Virus record (IMG/VR): IMGVR_UViG_3300032116_000195
Span: 1-61,112 of that record
Strand: one strand, 5' to 3'
DNA length: 61,112 nucleotides
From: a virus
Taxonomy: Duplodnaviria; Caudoviricetes
The position numbers and the translations under genes were made by a program. Shown piece after piece: positions 1 through 10,986 of the stretch; position 1 is the first letter of the stretch; each line of letters begins with the position of its first letter. The notes below the pieces were generated by a model that was not told the DNA's origin, did not search any database, and saw only the letters and a program-made list of their open reading frames with translations.

Positions 1-127
1 TCGTGAGATTCTTCTTGGTGGTCTGGCTCCAGTTCCAACCAACGAGCGTTCTGTACTCGAAGTACACTACAGCTCTGTACAAGGTTTGGAAATTCTGGAT
101 GCCCAGAACTGCTTCAAGCTGAAGTAA
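1..127 (+). CDS. 3' end of probable major capsid protein (partial)
   Basis: Open frame from base 2: REILLGGLAPVPTNERSVLEVHYSSVQGLEILDAQNCFKLK*. It is followed by a strong hairpin, and its position and C-terminal pattern resemble capsid genes of Bacteroidota podoviruses (inference). Confidence 0.6.
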   Translation, partial: REILLGGLAPVPTNERSVLEVHYSSVQGLEILDAQNCFKLK

Positions 128-134
128 TCAATAT

Positions 135-165
135 AGGGAGGGGAGCAATCCTCTCCCTTCTTTTT
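135..165 (+). terminator. Intrinsic terminator after capsid gene
   Basis: agggagggga-gcaa-tcctctccct stem with a GNRA loop, followed by tcttttt. Confidence 0.75.
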
Positions 166-183
166 ATAAACAAATAAACTAAG

Positions 184-1017
184 ATGAAAAAGACAAAACT
201 ATTCAACAACCTGTCCCCCGAACTGATCGCTAAAACCAAACTCAAGCCGGGAGAACAAGTTGTTTACAGGGTTAGCGGCATTACTCCGCATCCTATGGAC
301 CCTACAAAGTGGGCTATCCCATCAGCAAAGAATGTTCCGCCAATGGATCAAATATGGGACGAAGCTAAAAATGATTACGTAGATATTGCTGCTGTAAGGG
401 CGGTAGATGCTGAGGGCAACCATACGTTCCATGATCTTTATTTCTACGGCAATCAAGGCGGACACTTGGTTTTATATGGTGGCCGTGCAGTGGATCAGGA
501 AATTCACTCATACCTTACTCTGTGCAACTATAATGGCTCTAACCCAAACAGAGATACGTCTAAAGAGATTGTATTTGAACTGGTGGATGAGGCTGTGAAG
601 TCTGAGAAGGAAAGCAAGAAGCGTAACATGAAGAGGGAAGCTCTTAATGCTGCAGCTGACTTAAGCCCAGAAGAGGTACGTAACTACGTTGCTGCTCTTG
701 GGCAAGATGATACAAGAAAGATTGAGATACTCAGGAATTACCTAGAGGAGCTGGCGGACAATGATCCAGCAACATTCCTCGATCTTATCAATAACAAACA
801 AGCCGTTATGAAGGCCACAATCAATAGAGCTATCACCAAGGGTGTTATCAATTTTGATGCTGAGCAATCCAAGTTCTCTTGGCCTAACGGAGAGGCTATC
901 CTTACCACAGCCAGAACAACTGGTGGTGATGCCGTTGACGAGCTACTTAGCTATTGCGTGAGCTCAGCCAAGGGTGAGAAGGTTTACCAAACTATTCAGT
1001 CAAAAGCTAAAAAATAG
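184..1017 (+). CDS. Hypothetical phage protein downstream of capsid gene (possibly virion-associated)
   Basis: 277-aa ORF with an A-rich leader, flanked by terminators. Confidence 0.7.
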   Translation: MKKTKLFNNLSPELIAKTKLKPGEQVVYRVSGITPHPMDPTKWAIPSAKNVPPMDQIWDEAKNDYVDIAAVRAVDAEGNHTFHDLYFYGNQGGHLVLYGGRAVDQEIHSYLTLCNYNGSNPNRDTSKEIVFELVDEAVKSEKESKKRNMKREALNAAADLSPEEVRNYVAALGQDDTRKIEILRNYLEELADNDPATFLDLINNKQAVMKATINRAITKGVINFDAEQSKFSWPNGEAILTTARTTGGDAVDELLSYCVSSAKGEKVYQTIQSKAKK

Positions 1018-1041
1018 TCTCTCTTAGTTTGGTTTGTTTGC

Positions 1042-1068
1042 GGCCCGGGTTTCTACTCGGGCCTTTTT
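1042..1068 (+). terminator. Intrinsic terminator
   Basis: ggcccgggt-ttct-actcgggcc then ttttt. Confidence 0.8.
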
Positions 1069-1121
1069 CATATCCTCTTTTTCCGCCTTCTGCATAAATA
1101 GTTTTGGAACTTTGCGATACT

Positions 1122-4100
1122 ATGCCTAGTGTACCAAGTATATCATTTAATGTCAGGTTCGACCTGACTGGTGCCCCCTCGCTTCTACTTACAGATACTA
1201 CTACATATCCTGTCGGAGCCATCGGCATCTTTACAGTCACACAGCCTGATGGTTACGTAAGAACTGGTAATTTTGCAACTCCTGACGTGACCAGTTCGGG
1301 GGGCACTTTTTCTACTAACCTTAGGCTTAGTTCTACGGGCGGTGTTCAGTGTGGTACATATACGATTCTATACGAGATCAAGACCACAGACGATGTGGTC
1401 AGTACATTCACTAGGAGCTTTGTATTTCAGTATGTTCCTGTCGACTTAGTTCTGACTGAGAACTTTGATGTATTTACCCCGAACCTTTCTTATTCCGACA
1501 GCACCAACTATTCTGTTTCTGGATACAATAACACTGCGCCAACAAGAGCTTGGACTGCGGTAAGTATTCCTACAGGAACCAAGACTAGTACAACTTCAGC
1601 TATTAACCTGCAGCATAGCGGAAACTACTACGATGCTGTCTATACTATTACACTTGCTTCTACGCTGACATATTCACACCAGACCTATGCTTGGCTTAGT
1701 GTTCTGGAGACAATCAGCAAGACCGTTACTGCTGAGGCTTGTACTCCCGAGCCGATCGAGGATCTGATTCCTTTGATTGAGGTTCTCAGGCAGCAGTCTA
1801 TTGAATGCAATGGCGACTTCCCTGACTTCGAGAAGGCTCAGACTTTGTTCAGTCATCTGACTGATATGCTGAGAGTTTTGCTGCTCGGGGGAGTAACTCA
1901 GCAGGGCATTTACGATGTATATGAGGATCTACTTGTTATACTGCGCAATGGCCAGTCTATACCGTGTGTCCATACAAATCAACCAATACCAGCATACGAT
2001 CTTGGAGACTATGCGGTTTCTCAATTTCCTATTGATGCTGCGTACTGCACGACTGTAGGCGATGGCGTAAATACTATATACAGTGTTACACACAACCTGA
2101 ATGACGACTGTGTTCTGGTTCAGGTATACGAGGTTACCAGCGGTGCTCAGGTTCTTACGGATGTGACTATCACGAGTAACAACTCAGTAAATGTATCATT
2201 TGCTACTGCTCCGGCTAGCAACGCCTATAAGGTTGTTGTTCATTCCGGTAATGCAGGAATGGTTGGTCCCGGTGTTGAGGCAGGCGGTACTGTAGGTCAA
2301 TTCCTGAGGAAGCAGTCCACAACCGACTACGACACATATTGGGATACTCTTGATGCTGCGGACATTCCAGATATTAGCGCCACATATTTATCTAAGGCTG
2401 TATACGATATCGACAATGATGGTATTGTTGACGATGCAGAGAAGATTACAATCATAGGAAGAAACAGTACTGGATCTACGATACACAAGGGAAAGATTGT
2501 TTACCTGCAGGGTTCTACAGGCAATAGGCCAAACATTATTTTGGCACAGGCTAATACGGAGGCTTCTTCTAGCAAGACCTTTGGTGTTGTTGTCGATGAT
2601 ATCGCACATAATGCTGATGGTCAGGTAGCTGCTATAGGTACGTTGCACGACTTGGATACAAGATCGGGGGCCCCTAATCCATTTACGACTGACACACTAC
2701 TTGACGGTGATAAGATATGGTTATCTGCAACTAACCCGGGTTATGTAACTAAGACTCCTCCAACACAACCGAACCATACGGTATTCATAGGTTTTGTTGC
2801 TAGGACTAGTCCAACCAATGGCAGGATAATCTATAACATACAAAACGGATTTGAGCTTGATGAGCTTCATAATGTGCTTATAAGTTCTGCAGCCGATAAG
2901 GATATTTTATACTATGATTTGGCTACTGGTCTTTGGAAGAATACTACCAAGGCAGGATGGCTCGGGGGGAGCGCATCACAGTTTGTAAAGGGTGACGGTA
3001 CTCTGGACAGCATTACATATTTAACAACAGAAACAGATCCTGTATTCACAGCGCATCCTGCCTATGGAATCACAGGTACTAAGATATCAAACTGGGATGA
3101 TGCCTATACATGGGTATCCAACTTCCCAACACAAACAGGTAATGCAGGTAAGTTCTTGACTACAGACGGGAATACGCTTTCGTGGGCAAATGTTGTCAGC
3201 GGTGTATCTTCATTCAACTCCCGAACTGGCGCAGTAACACTTACATCTGCTGACGTTACCGGAGCATTAGGATATACTCCTGTTACCAATGCAAGGACTC
3301 TTACTATAAACGGCACTACCTATGATTTAACAGCGGATAGAAGCTGGACAATAGGTGGGGTTGGCACTGTTACCTCCGTTGCTCTAACTGTCCCAACAGG
3401 CTTAGTAATTACAAGTGGCTCACCTATAACAACAAGCGGAACGATAGCCGTAGGGTTGCAAAGTGGTTATTCTATCCCTACAACAATAAAGCAAGGTAAC
3501 TGGGATGATGCTTATACTTTTGTTAGTGGCTTCCCTTCACAGACAGGCAATAGTGGTAAGTATCTTACAACTGATGGAAGTACTTTGTCATGGGGTACTG
3601 TATCAACTGCCAATATCTATAACTCAGACGGTACACTGACGGGGAATAGGACGGTAGGATTAGGTGGGAATAAATTATCTATTGGAACTGCAACAACAAG
3701 TTTTGTTGCAGGTCAGCTTGAATTAGGCGTTAGCAATGCAGGAGGAAGTTTTGTTATTCACAATAGTAATACATTAGGAAGAGGTAGTATTTTTTATGGA
3801 GCAAACTCTAGGTATATGGAAATTGGTATGGCAGGAACATCTCTTGCCTTACCAGTTAATGGTGGAGCATTTATCCATAACCCTTATGCAAATCTATACT
3901 TTACTGGAGGTGGTAGTGCTCAACCAAGTACTTCAGATGTTATAATGACACTGTTCCAGTCCACTAAAAATGTAGTAGTAGGCGGCACAACAGACGCAGG
4001 TTTCAAACTTGATGTGCAGGGGACTGCGAGGGTGAGTGGGGGATTAACAATAACTACTGCATTTGGTTTAAATCTTTCTGCTGCTGCATCGTATTTGTCA

Positions 4101-6482
4101 TTCAACTCTACAACATTACTAATTGGCGATGCAGCTTCTTTAATTGGTGGTGGTACTGCTGGATTAGGACTAAGAGGTGCTGCTCAAGTTTTTGGAGATG
4201 GAGGTACAGGATTTCATTATTTTACGAGTAACTACGCTTTATTTTCAACGCAAAGTGCAGCAGTTAATTTAAGTATTGGCATTCCTGCAAGTGCAGTTCT
4301 TGAGGCTCGTTCCACCACCCGTGGCTTCCTCCAACCTCGGATGACGGGAACGCAGAGAGATGCCATCGTGTCCCCTGCTACTGGTCTCTCCGTATACAAC
4401 ACTACAACTAATACAAGCGACTTCTATAACGGCACATCGTGGGTGAGTCTTGCAGCGGGTAATATATACACTGCTGATGGAACGCTGAATGGAAATAGGA
4501 CTGTGACAAGTGGTGGTTTTAATCTTACATTCACAGGTAGCAATATTGCATCAGGTGCTATTGCGAGAGGATTGAATCTTACTCATACACTTGTTGCTGC
4601 TGCGAATAATGATGTACTTGTAGGACTTGATATTAATCCTACGTTTACTAATGGTGCTTTTACTGGTGTACAAAATATTGGATTAAGATTAAATTCTAAT
4701 TCGTCTGGCACAACAGAAAATCTGCAACTATATAATGCAAACAATGGTGGAGGTAGTGCAACTTCAATAAGATTTAGAAATGGATATACAGGTTCAGGTC
4801 AAGGAGTTATTTGGAGTGCAGTAGATTTTGTTTTTGCAGCAGGAGGTGGTGGAAATTTGTTATTGAAAACCAGTACTGGTTTAGGTGTAGATGCTACGAC
4901 AAAAATGACTATTGGGACAAACTCAATAACATCCAATTCTGTACATTCTTTTTCATCAGGAATATTAGGTGATTTAAATGTTTACGTTGGCTCTCAAGGT
5001 GACCCTGTTGCTGGTACAAGGAAAATAATGACATCAACAGTATCTGGTAGTTTTGCGACTCCAGTTGCATCTTTAGCTATTGGTAATTCTTCAAGTCTTT
5101 CTGCGAATCTTAATGCTTTTGGAGTTTATATAAACAATACTGCAACAGTATCAGGAACTGGGGCAAGGTATAATCTATTCGCAGTTGGTACATCTCTTAA
5201 CTCTTTAGAGGGTAATACAATCATTGGCGGCACGGTTGACTCAGGTTTTAAACTTGATGTGCAGGGCACAGGGCGGTATACGGGTCAAGTAAATATAATA
5301 GATTCATCTGCAACAAGTGTTACTGGATTGTCTATGTTTGGTGGAACTTTTACTATTGCAAATAGTGGAGGTTTTAGAGTATTAAACTTCACCAATGGAG
5401 CAATAACAGTAACAGGAGGAAACCCTTTTGTAATATCAAATAATGCAAGGATAGATATATACTCTACTGCAACAAATTCTCCAGTAAGATTAGGTAGCGG
5501 TACTGCACATATTGAGATTACAAACAATAATTTAGTTGATAAGATAACTTTAAAACCAAGTTTATGGAGGGCTGATACTCCACAATATTTAGATATTGTT
5601 AGTAATGATGCTTCGGCTTCATTTGGACAAAGAAGCGGTAGTATAAGAATATTCACAGGCGAACAAGCATCTACTAATGGGTACGGATATATTGTTCTTG
5701 CTCATAATGGTACTGCACAAAGGGGTACTGTTGCGATAGGAGCAGCTACAACTCATGCATCTGCTATACTTGATGTTGCTTCTACGACTCAAGGCTTCCT
5801 TGCTCCACGAATGACCTCTACTCAACGCTCAGCTATCTCTACCCCAGCTGTTGGTTTAGTGGTCTATCAAACAGATGCTACAGAGGGACTCTATCAGTAC
5901 CTATCAACAGGATGGGCAATCATTGGCGGTTCGGGAGGTGTGACAGACGGAGATAAAGGAGATATTACAGTTAGTGGTAGTGGTGCTACATGGACAATTG
6001 ATAACACTGCTGTCACTTATGCTAAAATTCAGAATGTAGCAGCGAATAGTTTCCTTGCCAATGTTACGGGTAGTGCTGCAACAGTTCAAGAGATAGCTAC
6101 TAATAGGATACCACTTTTCTCATCTGCTATCACAGGTACACCATCGGCTACAACATTCTTGAGAGGTGATGGCAGTTGGGCAACACCATCAGGTAGTGGT
6201 GGAGGAATCACAAGGTCAGTAAACAATATCTCTACTAACACTACGGCAGGTGCTGCTGCGAATACTGACTATGTTTATCTGATTAGTGGAACTACAACTT
6301 TAACTCTTCCGACTGCCGTAGGTAATACAAACAGATACACTTTAAAGAACGTAGGAACAGGAACGGTAACTATCAATACAACATCATCACAAACCATTGA
6401 TGGTAGCACATCCATCACAATGGCAGTAAGATATACTGCTTTGGATGTCATCTCTGATGGTACAAATTGGAATATTATTTAA
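1122..6482 (+). CDS. Large modular tail fibre/structural protein (about 1786 aa)
   Basis: G/T/S-rich beta-type sequence with repeated motifs NIYxxDGTLxGNRTV, GFKLDVQGT, STTxGFLxPRMT and FPxQTGNxGKxLTTDG; ATG at 1122 preferred to TTG at 1104. Confidence 0.8.
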   Translation: MPSVPSISFNVRFDLTGAPSLLLTDTTTYPVGAIGIFTVTQPDGYVRTGNFATPDVTSSGGTFSTNLRLSSTGGVQCGTYTILYEIKTTDDVVSTFTRSFVFQYVPVDLVLTENFDVFTPNLSYSDSTNYSVSGYNNTAPTRAWTAVSIPTGTKTSTTSAINLQHSGNYYDAVYTITLASTLTYSHQTYAWLSVLETISKTVTAEACTPEPIEDLIPLIEVLRQQSIECNGDFPDFEKAQTLFSHLTDMLRVLLLGGVTQQGIYDVYEDLLVILRNGQSIPCVHTNQPIPAYDLGDYAVSQFPIDAAYCTTVGDGVNTIYSVTHNLNDDCVLVQVYEVTSGAQVLTDVTITSNNSVNVSFATAPASNAYKVVVHSGNAGMVGPGVEAGGTVGQFLRKQSTTDYDTYWDTLDAADIPDISATYLSKAVYDIDNDGIVDDAEKITIIGRNSTGSTIHKGKIVYLQGSTGNRPNIILAQANTEASSSKTFGVVVDDIAHNADGQVAAIGTLHDLDTRSGAPNPFTTDTLLDGDKIWLSATNPGYVTKTPPTQPNHTVFIGFVARTSPTNGRIIYNIQNGFELDELHNVLISSAADKDILYYDLATGLWKNTTKAGWLGGSASQFVKGDGTLDSITYLTTETDPVFTAHPAYGITGTKISNWDDAYTWVSNFPTQTGNAGKFLTTDGNTLSWANVVSGVSSFNSRTGAVTLTSADVTGALGYTPVTNARTLTINGTTYDLTADRSWTIGGVGTVTSVALTVPTGLVITSGSPITTSGTIAVGLQSGYSIPTTIKQGNWDDAYTFVSGFPSQTGNSGKYLTTDGSTLSWGTVSTANIYNSDGTLTGNRTVGLGGNKLSIGTATTSFVAGQLELGVSNAGGSFVIHNSNTLGRGSIFYGANSRYMEIGMAGTSLALPVNGGAFIHNPYANLYFTGGGSAQPSTSDVIMTLFQSTKNVVVGGTTDAGFKLDVQGTARVSGGLTITTAFGLNLSAAASYLSFNSTTLLIGDAASLIGGGTAGLGLRGAAQVFGDGGTGFHYFTSNYALFSTQSAAVNLSIGIPASAVLEARSTTRGFLQPRMTGTQRDAIVSPATGLSVYNTTTNTSDFYNGTSWVSLAAGNIYTADGTLNGNRTVTSGGFNLTFTGSNIASGAIARGLNLTHTLVAAANNDVLVGLDINPTFTNGAFTGVQNIGLRLNSNSSGTTENLQLYNANNGGGSATSIRFRNGYTGSGQGVIWSAVDFVFAAGGGGNLLLKTSTGLGVDATTKMTIGTNSITSNSVHSFSSGILGDLNVYVGSQGDPVAGTRKIMTSTVSGSFATPVASLAIGNSSSLSANLNAFGVYINNTATVSGTGARYNLFAVGTSLNSLEGNTIIGGTVDSGFKLDVQGTGRYTGQVNIIDSSATSVTGLSMFGGTFTIANSGGFRVLNFTNGAITVTGGNPFVISNNARIDIYSTATNSPVRLGSGTAHIEITNNNLVDKITLKPSLWRADTPQYLDIVSNDASASFGQRSGSIRIFTGEQASTNGYGYIVLAHNGTAQRGTVAIGAATTHASAILDVASTTQGFLAPRMTSTQRSAISTPAVGLVVYQTDATEGLYQYLSTGWAIIGGSGGVTDGDKGDITVSGSGATWTIDNTAVTYAKIQNVAANSFLANVTGSAATVQEIATNRIPLFSSAITGTPSATTFLRGDGSWATPSGSGGGITRSVNNISTNTTAGAAANTDYVYLISGTTTLTLPTAVGNTNRYTLKNVGTGTVTINTTSSQTIDGSTSITMAVRYTALDVISDGTNWNII

Positions 6483-6499
6483 CAATAAAATTATAAACA

Positions 6500-7564
6500 T
6501 TGGCATACTTCCCGAATAACCCAAATGGACAAGCTACAAGTGCTAACTCAGCTCCTGTAGTTATCGCATCAGACCAAAGTCCAGTACCTATTGCAGATGG
6601 CGGTGGTTCACTTACCGTAGATGGTACGGTAGGAGTGAGTGGTACAGTAACCGTCTCAGGAACAGTAACTGCAAACGCAGGTACTGGTACACAAAACGTA
6701 TCAGTGCAGAATGCTTCAATACCAGTAACTGATAATGGTGGGAGCCTGACTGTTGATGGGTCGGTATCAGTATCCAATTTCCCGACTACTCAAGATGTGA
6801 ACGTAACCAATGCCTCAATACCTGTTACTGATAACGGAGGGTCTTTGACTGTAGATGGAACGGTAGCAGCAACCCAAAACGCAGGAGCAACTTATAATGT
6901 GCAGATAAGTGATGGAGCAAGTACAGTGCCTATTGATGCTGCTCATGCTGATGGTGAAACCAATACTGAGAACCATATAGATATAGGTGCTAAATGTCTT
7001 GTATTCAATGGGACATCATGGGATAGGCAGAGAGGTGATACTACAGGTACTTTTAATGTTGGTAATATTGCCCATGATTTGGCTGATAGTGGTAACCCAT
7101 TAAAAATAGGTTTCAGAGCAGAGGCTGCTCTCCCTACGGCTGTGGCTACAGATGATAGAGTTAATGGTATTGCTGATGTATTCGGTAGGCAGTTGGTTGC
7201 TCATACCGATGCAGGTATGCAAGTATGGAAGAGTGCTAACTATACCACTCAGCAGACGGGAGCATCTATATGGACTCCTTCATCAGGAAAAAAAATAGCA
7301 ATAACTTATTTAGCAGTATCATCTTATGCTACTACGGCTGCAAGGGTTATCATTTGGTTTGGTGCTTCAGCGGATACTACATACACAGCAGGTACTGACC
7401 AACTTGTATGGGCGGGTTCATTTGCTCCATCAGCTAACTCAAGACCCGGTGCTATCATCAGCCTACCCTATGGTATATCAGCGGTAACTGCTGACCATCA
7501 GTTAAGGATAACAACAGATGCAGCTATTTCATTGGACTTAACAATTTACGGATATGAGTTATAA
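6500..7564 (+). CDS. Virion structural protein with internal repeats
   Basis: Repeated IPVTDNGGSLTVDG units; lies in the tail fibre cluster. Confidence 0.65.
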   Translation: MAYFPNNPNGQATSANSAPVVIASDQSPVPIADGGGSLTVDGTVGVSGTVTVSGTVTANAGTGTQNVSVQNASIPVTDNGGSLTVDGSVSVSNFPTTQDVNVTNASIPVTDNGGSLTVDGTVAATQNAGATYNVQISDGASTVPIDAAHADGETNTENHIDIGAKCLVFNGTSWDRQRGDTTGTFNVGNIAHDLADSGNPLKIGFRAEAALPTAVATDDRVNGIADVFGRQLVAHTDAGMQVWKSANYTTQQTGASIWTPSSGKKIAITYLAVSSYATTAARVIIWFGASADTTYTAGTDQLVWAGSFAPSANSRPGAIISLPYGISAVTADHQLRITTDAAISLDLTIYGYEL

Positions 7565-7763
7565 TATAACAAAGGAGATAGTATTGGTTGAGAAGGTAAA
7601 CAACCCAGACGATACAGTTAGTCTGATAGCGGAGTTGAGAGTATTCAAGGATGGAGTATTTGACCATCACGACTCACGCAGTCCTTTCACTTTCGCCAAT
7701 ACAATGACTGACCAAGATATTATAGATTACTTAACGGCTAACGAATATAGCATCTATTTCTAA
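7554..7763 (+). CDS. Small hypothetical protein (tail cluster)
   Basis: 69-aa ORF translationally coupled to its neighbours. Confidence 0.6.
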   Translation: MSYNITKEIVLVEKVNNPDDTVSLIAELRVFKDGVFDHHDSRSPFTFANTMTDQDIIDYLTANEYSIYF

Positions 7764-8500
7764 TGGCATTAGTTGGAACAAATAGAGGTACTGGGGGTAA
7801 TACTACGGCAGCTACATCAATAGCTATAGTGCCACCACAGAACTTTGGAGCTAATACTTTGGCGGTATTGGCATTGGCTTATGATAACTCAGGTGGTGGT
7901 GGTGCTGACCCTTACTCCTCAATAACTGATAATGCAGGTAACACTTGGACATCAAGAGTTAACGTATTGAACGACCCCGGTGCGGCATCAGCAGGTTCTG
8001 TACTTAGGATATTCACCTCATCGGTTAGAACTTTGAACACCACAAGTACTATAACAGTAACCTTTGGTTCATCCACTACTGCTAAGTCTTGGACTCTTAC
8101 AGAGTTCTCTTCTAATACTAGCAATTTTGCTGCTAATTTCTTGAGTGCAGGTGCAACAACAGCAGGAAATACAACAACTGCATCAAGCTCTGCAACTAAC
8201 GTAAATAATGGCGATGCAATATTTGGAGCAATTGCCAATGAAGGTAATGCCACTATAACGGCTGACTCAGATACTACAAATGGCTCTTGGTCAACGCAGC
8301 AAACACAAAACAATGGCACAGGCACATCAGGTATGCAGGTAGCATCACAATATAAAATAGTTAATGCAACGGGCAACCAAACTTATAACGTAACACTATC
8401 TGCCGCAGGTGACTGGGGGCTTGGTACAATAAATATAACAGAGGTAGCACTTGCTACATCTTTTGATCCTTTTGGAATGAACGGATTCTTCGGAATATAA
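7763..8500 (+). CDS. Thr/Ser/Gly-rich beta-domain structural protein
   Basis: 245-aa ORF with composition typical of virion appendage proteins. Confidence 0.6.
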   Translation: MALVGTNRGTGGNTTAATSIAIVPPQNFGANTLAVLALAYDNSGGGGADPYSSITDNAGNTWTSRVNVLNDPGAASAGSVLRIFTSSVRTLNTTSTITVTFGSSTTAKSWTLTEFSSNTSNFAANFLSAGATTAGNTTTASSSATNVNNGDAIFGAIANEGNATITADSDTTNGSWSTQQTQNNGTGTSGMQVASQYKIVNATGNQTYNVTLSAAGDWGLGTINITEVALATSFDPFGMNGFFGI

Positions 8501-8509
8501 AATATACAC

Positions 8510-10417
8510 ATGAAGGTACTATCGGATATACTACATAAGGCTGGGATACTTAAGGATAATGCTGAGGGTTACAGCTCGGGGGGATATTCAGTATTGGTAA
8601 GAAACTCTACGACCCAGAGACTAGAGACAGTATCTTCATCTGTATTTACAAACATATACAACTCTAATGGAACTCTTTCTGGCAACAGGTCAGTAACTCT
8701 TGGCGGAAATAATCTTGACATCGTAGGATCTACTACTACGAGATTTGCATCAAACGGTAATGTTATTATTGGCGGTACTACTGATGCTGGCTTTAAGCTA
8801 GATGTTAATGGAACTGCTAAAATTAATGGGGACTTAACTATAGGATCTATTGGTAACCTTGTGACAACAAATCAGTTTTACGGTAGGGCTACCAATTTTA
8901 CCAACGGAATCTTTGTAGGTTGGGACTCCTTTGCTACATACCTTGGATATCAGATGGGTGCAACGCCTGTACACATAGGTACTGGAGGTACAGGAGAGGT
9001 TTTGTTTAGGAATACTGGAGGCTTAAAGGTTGAGTCTTTTGCAGGTGTTGGATCGAGGATGGTGGTTACCGACAGTACGGGGGCGTTGTCTACGCAGGTT
9101 TTACCTACTAGTACAAATATCTACAACAGCGATGGCACACTGACTGGGAATAGAACAGTGACGCAAAGTGGCAATTATCTAAATTTTGTAGGTGGAAGAG
9201 TATCTGTATATGGAAGTGCTGGAAATGAAGGGTTATTTGAAATAAATTCGTCTATTTCAAATGGGAATGCAAGTTTAAGTTTTTACGAAAATCCGGATGG
9301 AACAAGTAGGCAATATGGTTCAATAATTAGATTCGTTGGTAGTGACAACACATTAAGATTTATATCAAAAGATGTTACAGAAGGAGAATATCACAGACAA
9401 AGTTTTTCTTTATCTACATTTAAATCAAGTTTGGGTGTTGGTTCACTTCACACATTTGGGTCAGCTATTCAAGGGGTTTTTGATGTTTATGGTACACCAG
9501 CAGCGAATGGTATATTGGGTTATTTGCGAAGGTCAGGTGCAGGTGATGTGATGTTAGGTTTTTCGCAATGGGGAGGAGGAGCAGGTTATGCAATAGGTTC
9601 TATAAGCGGTGGAGGTTTTGGATTTTACAATGATAGGTGGACAGGTGGAGCAGGAACAGAGGTTGCAAGGTTTTCCACTTCAAACAATTTTTTAATAGGT
9701 ACTGCATCAGATACTGGCCTATACAAACTTGATGTGCAGGGTACGGGGCGGTTTACGGGAATGATTACTGGAAGGGCTACAATGTCTAATACACAAACCT
9801 CCACTGATTATGCTATACAGCTGAATGGTATTTCAACAACTGATGCTACAACAAGACAATTGATTAGTCTTGGAAGCTTAGGTAGTACTGGAATATTATA
9901 TGGAGCAATAGGAATTACTGCAAACTTGACAGATAATTCTGTTGGTACTTGGATTTTTGCAAATGGTGCTAATACAATAGGGCATGGTGTAGTAGCTGAT
10001 TCTGGAACTGCAACAGTAGATGCTTTTATGGCAAGAACTAATGGTCAAGGTACTGGAGGTTCTATTGGTTATGCATGGAGGGTTGGAAATTCAACACATT
10101 ATAATTTTAATGTTTATAATGATGGTACATATTATAATTTAAGATTATTTAATCGTACTGGAATAATAAGTTACATCAGAGATAGGGATACTACTAACAT
10201 AACATTTGGTTCTAATACATACTATGCGTCTGCACAAGTAGCAATAGATTCCACTACAAAAGGCTTCCTTCCACCACGAATGACAGGAGCACAGGTAGAG
10301 GCTATATCATCTCCAGCTGAAGGGTTGTTGGCTTATGCAACGAACGCTGGTTCGGGGGCTGTAACAAGCTCAGGATGGTGGGGGTACAACGGAACAACAT
10401 GGGTTAAGTTAAATTAA
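8510..10417 (+). CDS. Second modular tail fibre protein
   Basis: Shares NIYNSDGTLTGNRTV, GFKLDVxGT and STTKGFLPPRMT modules with 1122-6482. Confidence 0.8.
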   Translation: MKVLSDILHKAGILKDNAEGYSSGGYSVLVRNSTTQRLETVSSSVFTNIYNSNGTLSGNRSVTLGGNNLDIVGSTTTRFASNGNVIIGGTTDAGFKLDVNGTAKINGDLTIGSIGNLVTTNQFYGRATNFTNGIFVGWDSFATYLGYQMGATPVHIGTGGTGEVLFRNTGGLKVESFAGVGSRMVVTDSTGALSTQVLPTSTNIYNSDGTLTGNRTVTQSGNYLNFVGGRVSVYGSAGNEGLFEINSSISNGNASLSFYENPDGTSRQYGSIIRFVGSDNTLRFISKDVTEGEYHRQSFSLSTFKSSLGVGSLHTFGSAIQGVFDVYGTPAANGILGYLRRSGAGDVMLGFSQWGGGAGYAIGSISGGGFGFYNDRWTGGAGTEVARFSTSNNFLIGTASDTGLYKLDVQGTGRFTGMITGRATMSNTQTSTDYAIQLNGISTTDATTRQLISLGSLGSTGILYGAIGITANLTDNSVGTWIFANGANTIGHGVVADSGTATVDAFMARTNGQGTGGSIGYAWRVGNSTHYNFNVYNDGTYYNLRLFNRTGIISYIRDRDTTNITFGSNTYYASAQVAIDSTTKGFLPPRMTGAQVEAISSPAEGLLAYATNAGSGAVTSSGWWGYNGTTWVKLN

Positions 10418-10429
10418 AAACAATAAACA

Positions 10430-10738
10430 ATGGCACAAATTCAACCAGTATCCGTATGGAAAGACGGACAAGTTAAGACAGCAGAACAGTTCTCTCTCAG
10501 GTCTATCGGTGATGACCTTGAAACTTCTGCACAATTTTATTACGAGATGAAGGAAGCTGACGTAACTACCCAAGATTCTGAGGGTAATGACGTGGTAACT
10601 GCGGGTCAAGTAGTAGCTGTAGGGAATCTGAGCATGGGCGGTCAGGACTACGAAGATTGGGGTACTCAGTCTGGAGTAGACATTAATGCTTGGGCTTATC
10701 AGTGGGCAGCAGGTGAACTAAATGTAGTATTAATATGA
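10430..10738 (+). CDS. Small acidic protein following tail fibre (possible assembly chaperone)
   Basis: 102-aa acidic ORF directly after the fibre gene; function inferred from position. Confidence 0.55.
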   Translation: MAQIQPVSVWKDGQVKTAEQFSLRSIGDDLETSAQFYYEMKEADVTTQDSEGNDVVTAGQVVAVGNLSMGGQDYEDWGTQSGVDINAWAYQWAAGELNVVLI

Positions 10739-10986
10739 GTCACATAAGAGGGTTGATAGGCTTCCTAGTGGGGAGCCTTCTTCCGCTTTCGATTTGGAAG
10801 ACATTCGGGGTTATCTATTGGTGGGTTCCCTTTGTGGCTAGCCCTGTGTTCTCATTGGCGGGTACTTTCTTGATGGTTGGATACGTTGACTTTAAGGAGT
10901 CTATCAAAGGGTCCGCCTTCTGGACGGTGCTAGCTGTTATGCAGCTTTTGGGGATCTTATTATCTCTAGGTGTTGTTCTGGATTAG
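10735..10986 (+). CDS. Small membrane protein
   Basis: About three hydrophobic segments. Confidence 0.55.
   Translation: MSHIRGLIGFLVGSLLPLSIWKTFGVIYWWVPFVASPVFSLAGTFLMVGYVDFKESIKGSAFWTVLAVMQLLGILLSLGVVLD

Noticed and set aside
1122-10417. Diversity-generating retroelement or invertible shufflon acting on tail fibres
   Set aside because: No reverse transcriptase, no adenine-specific template/variable repeat pair and no inverted cassettes seen
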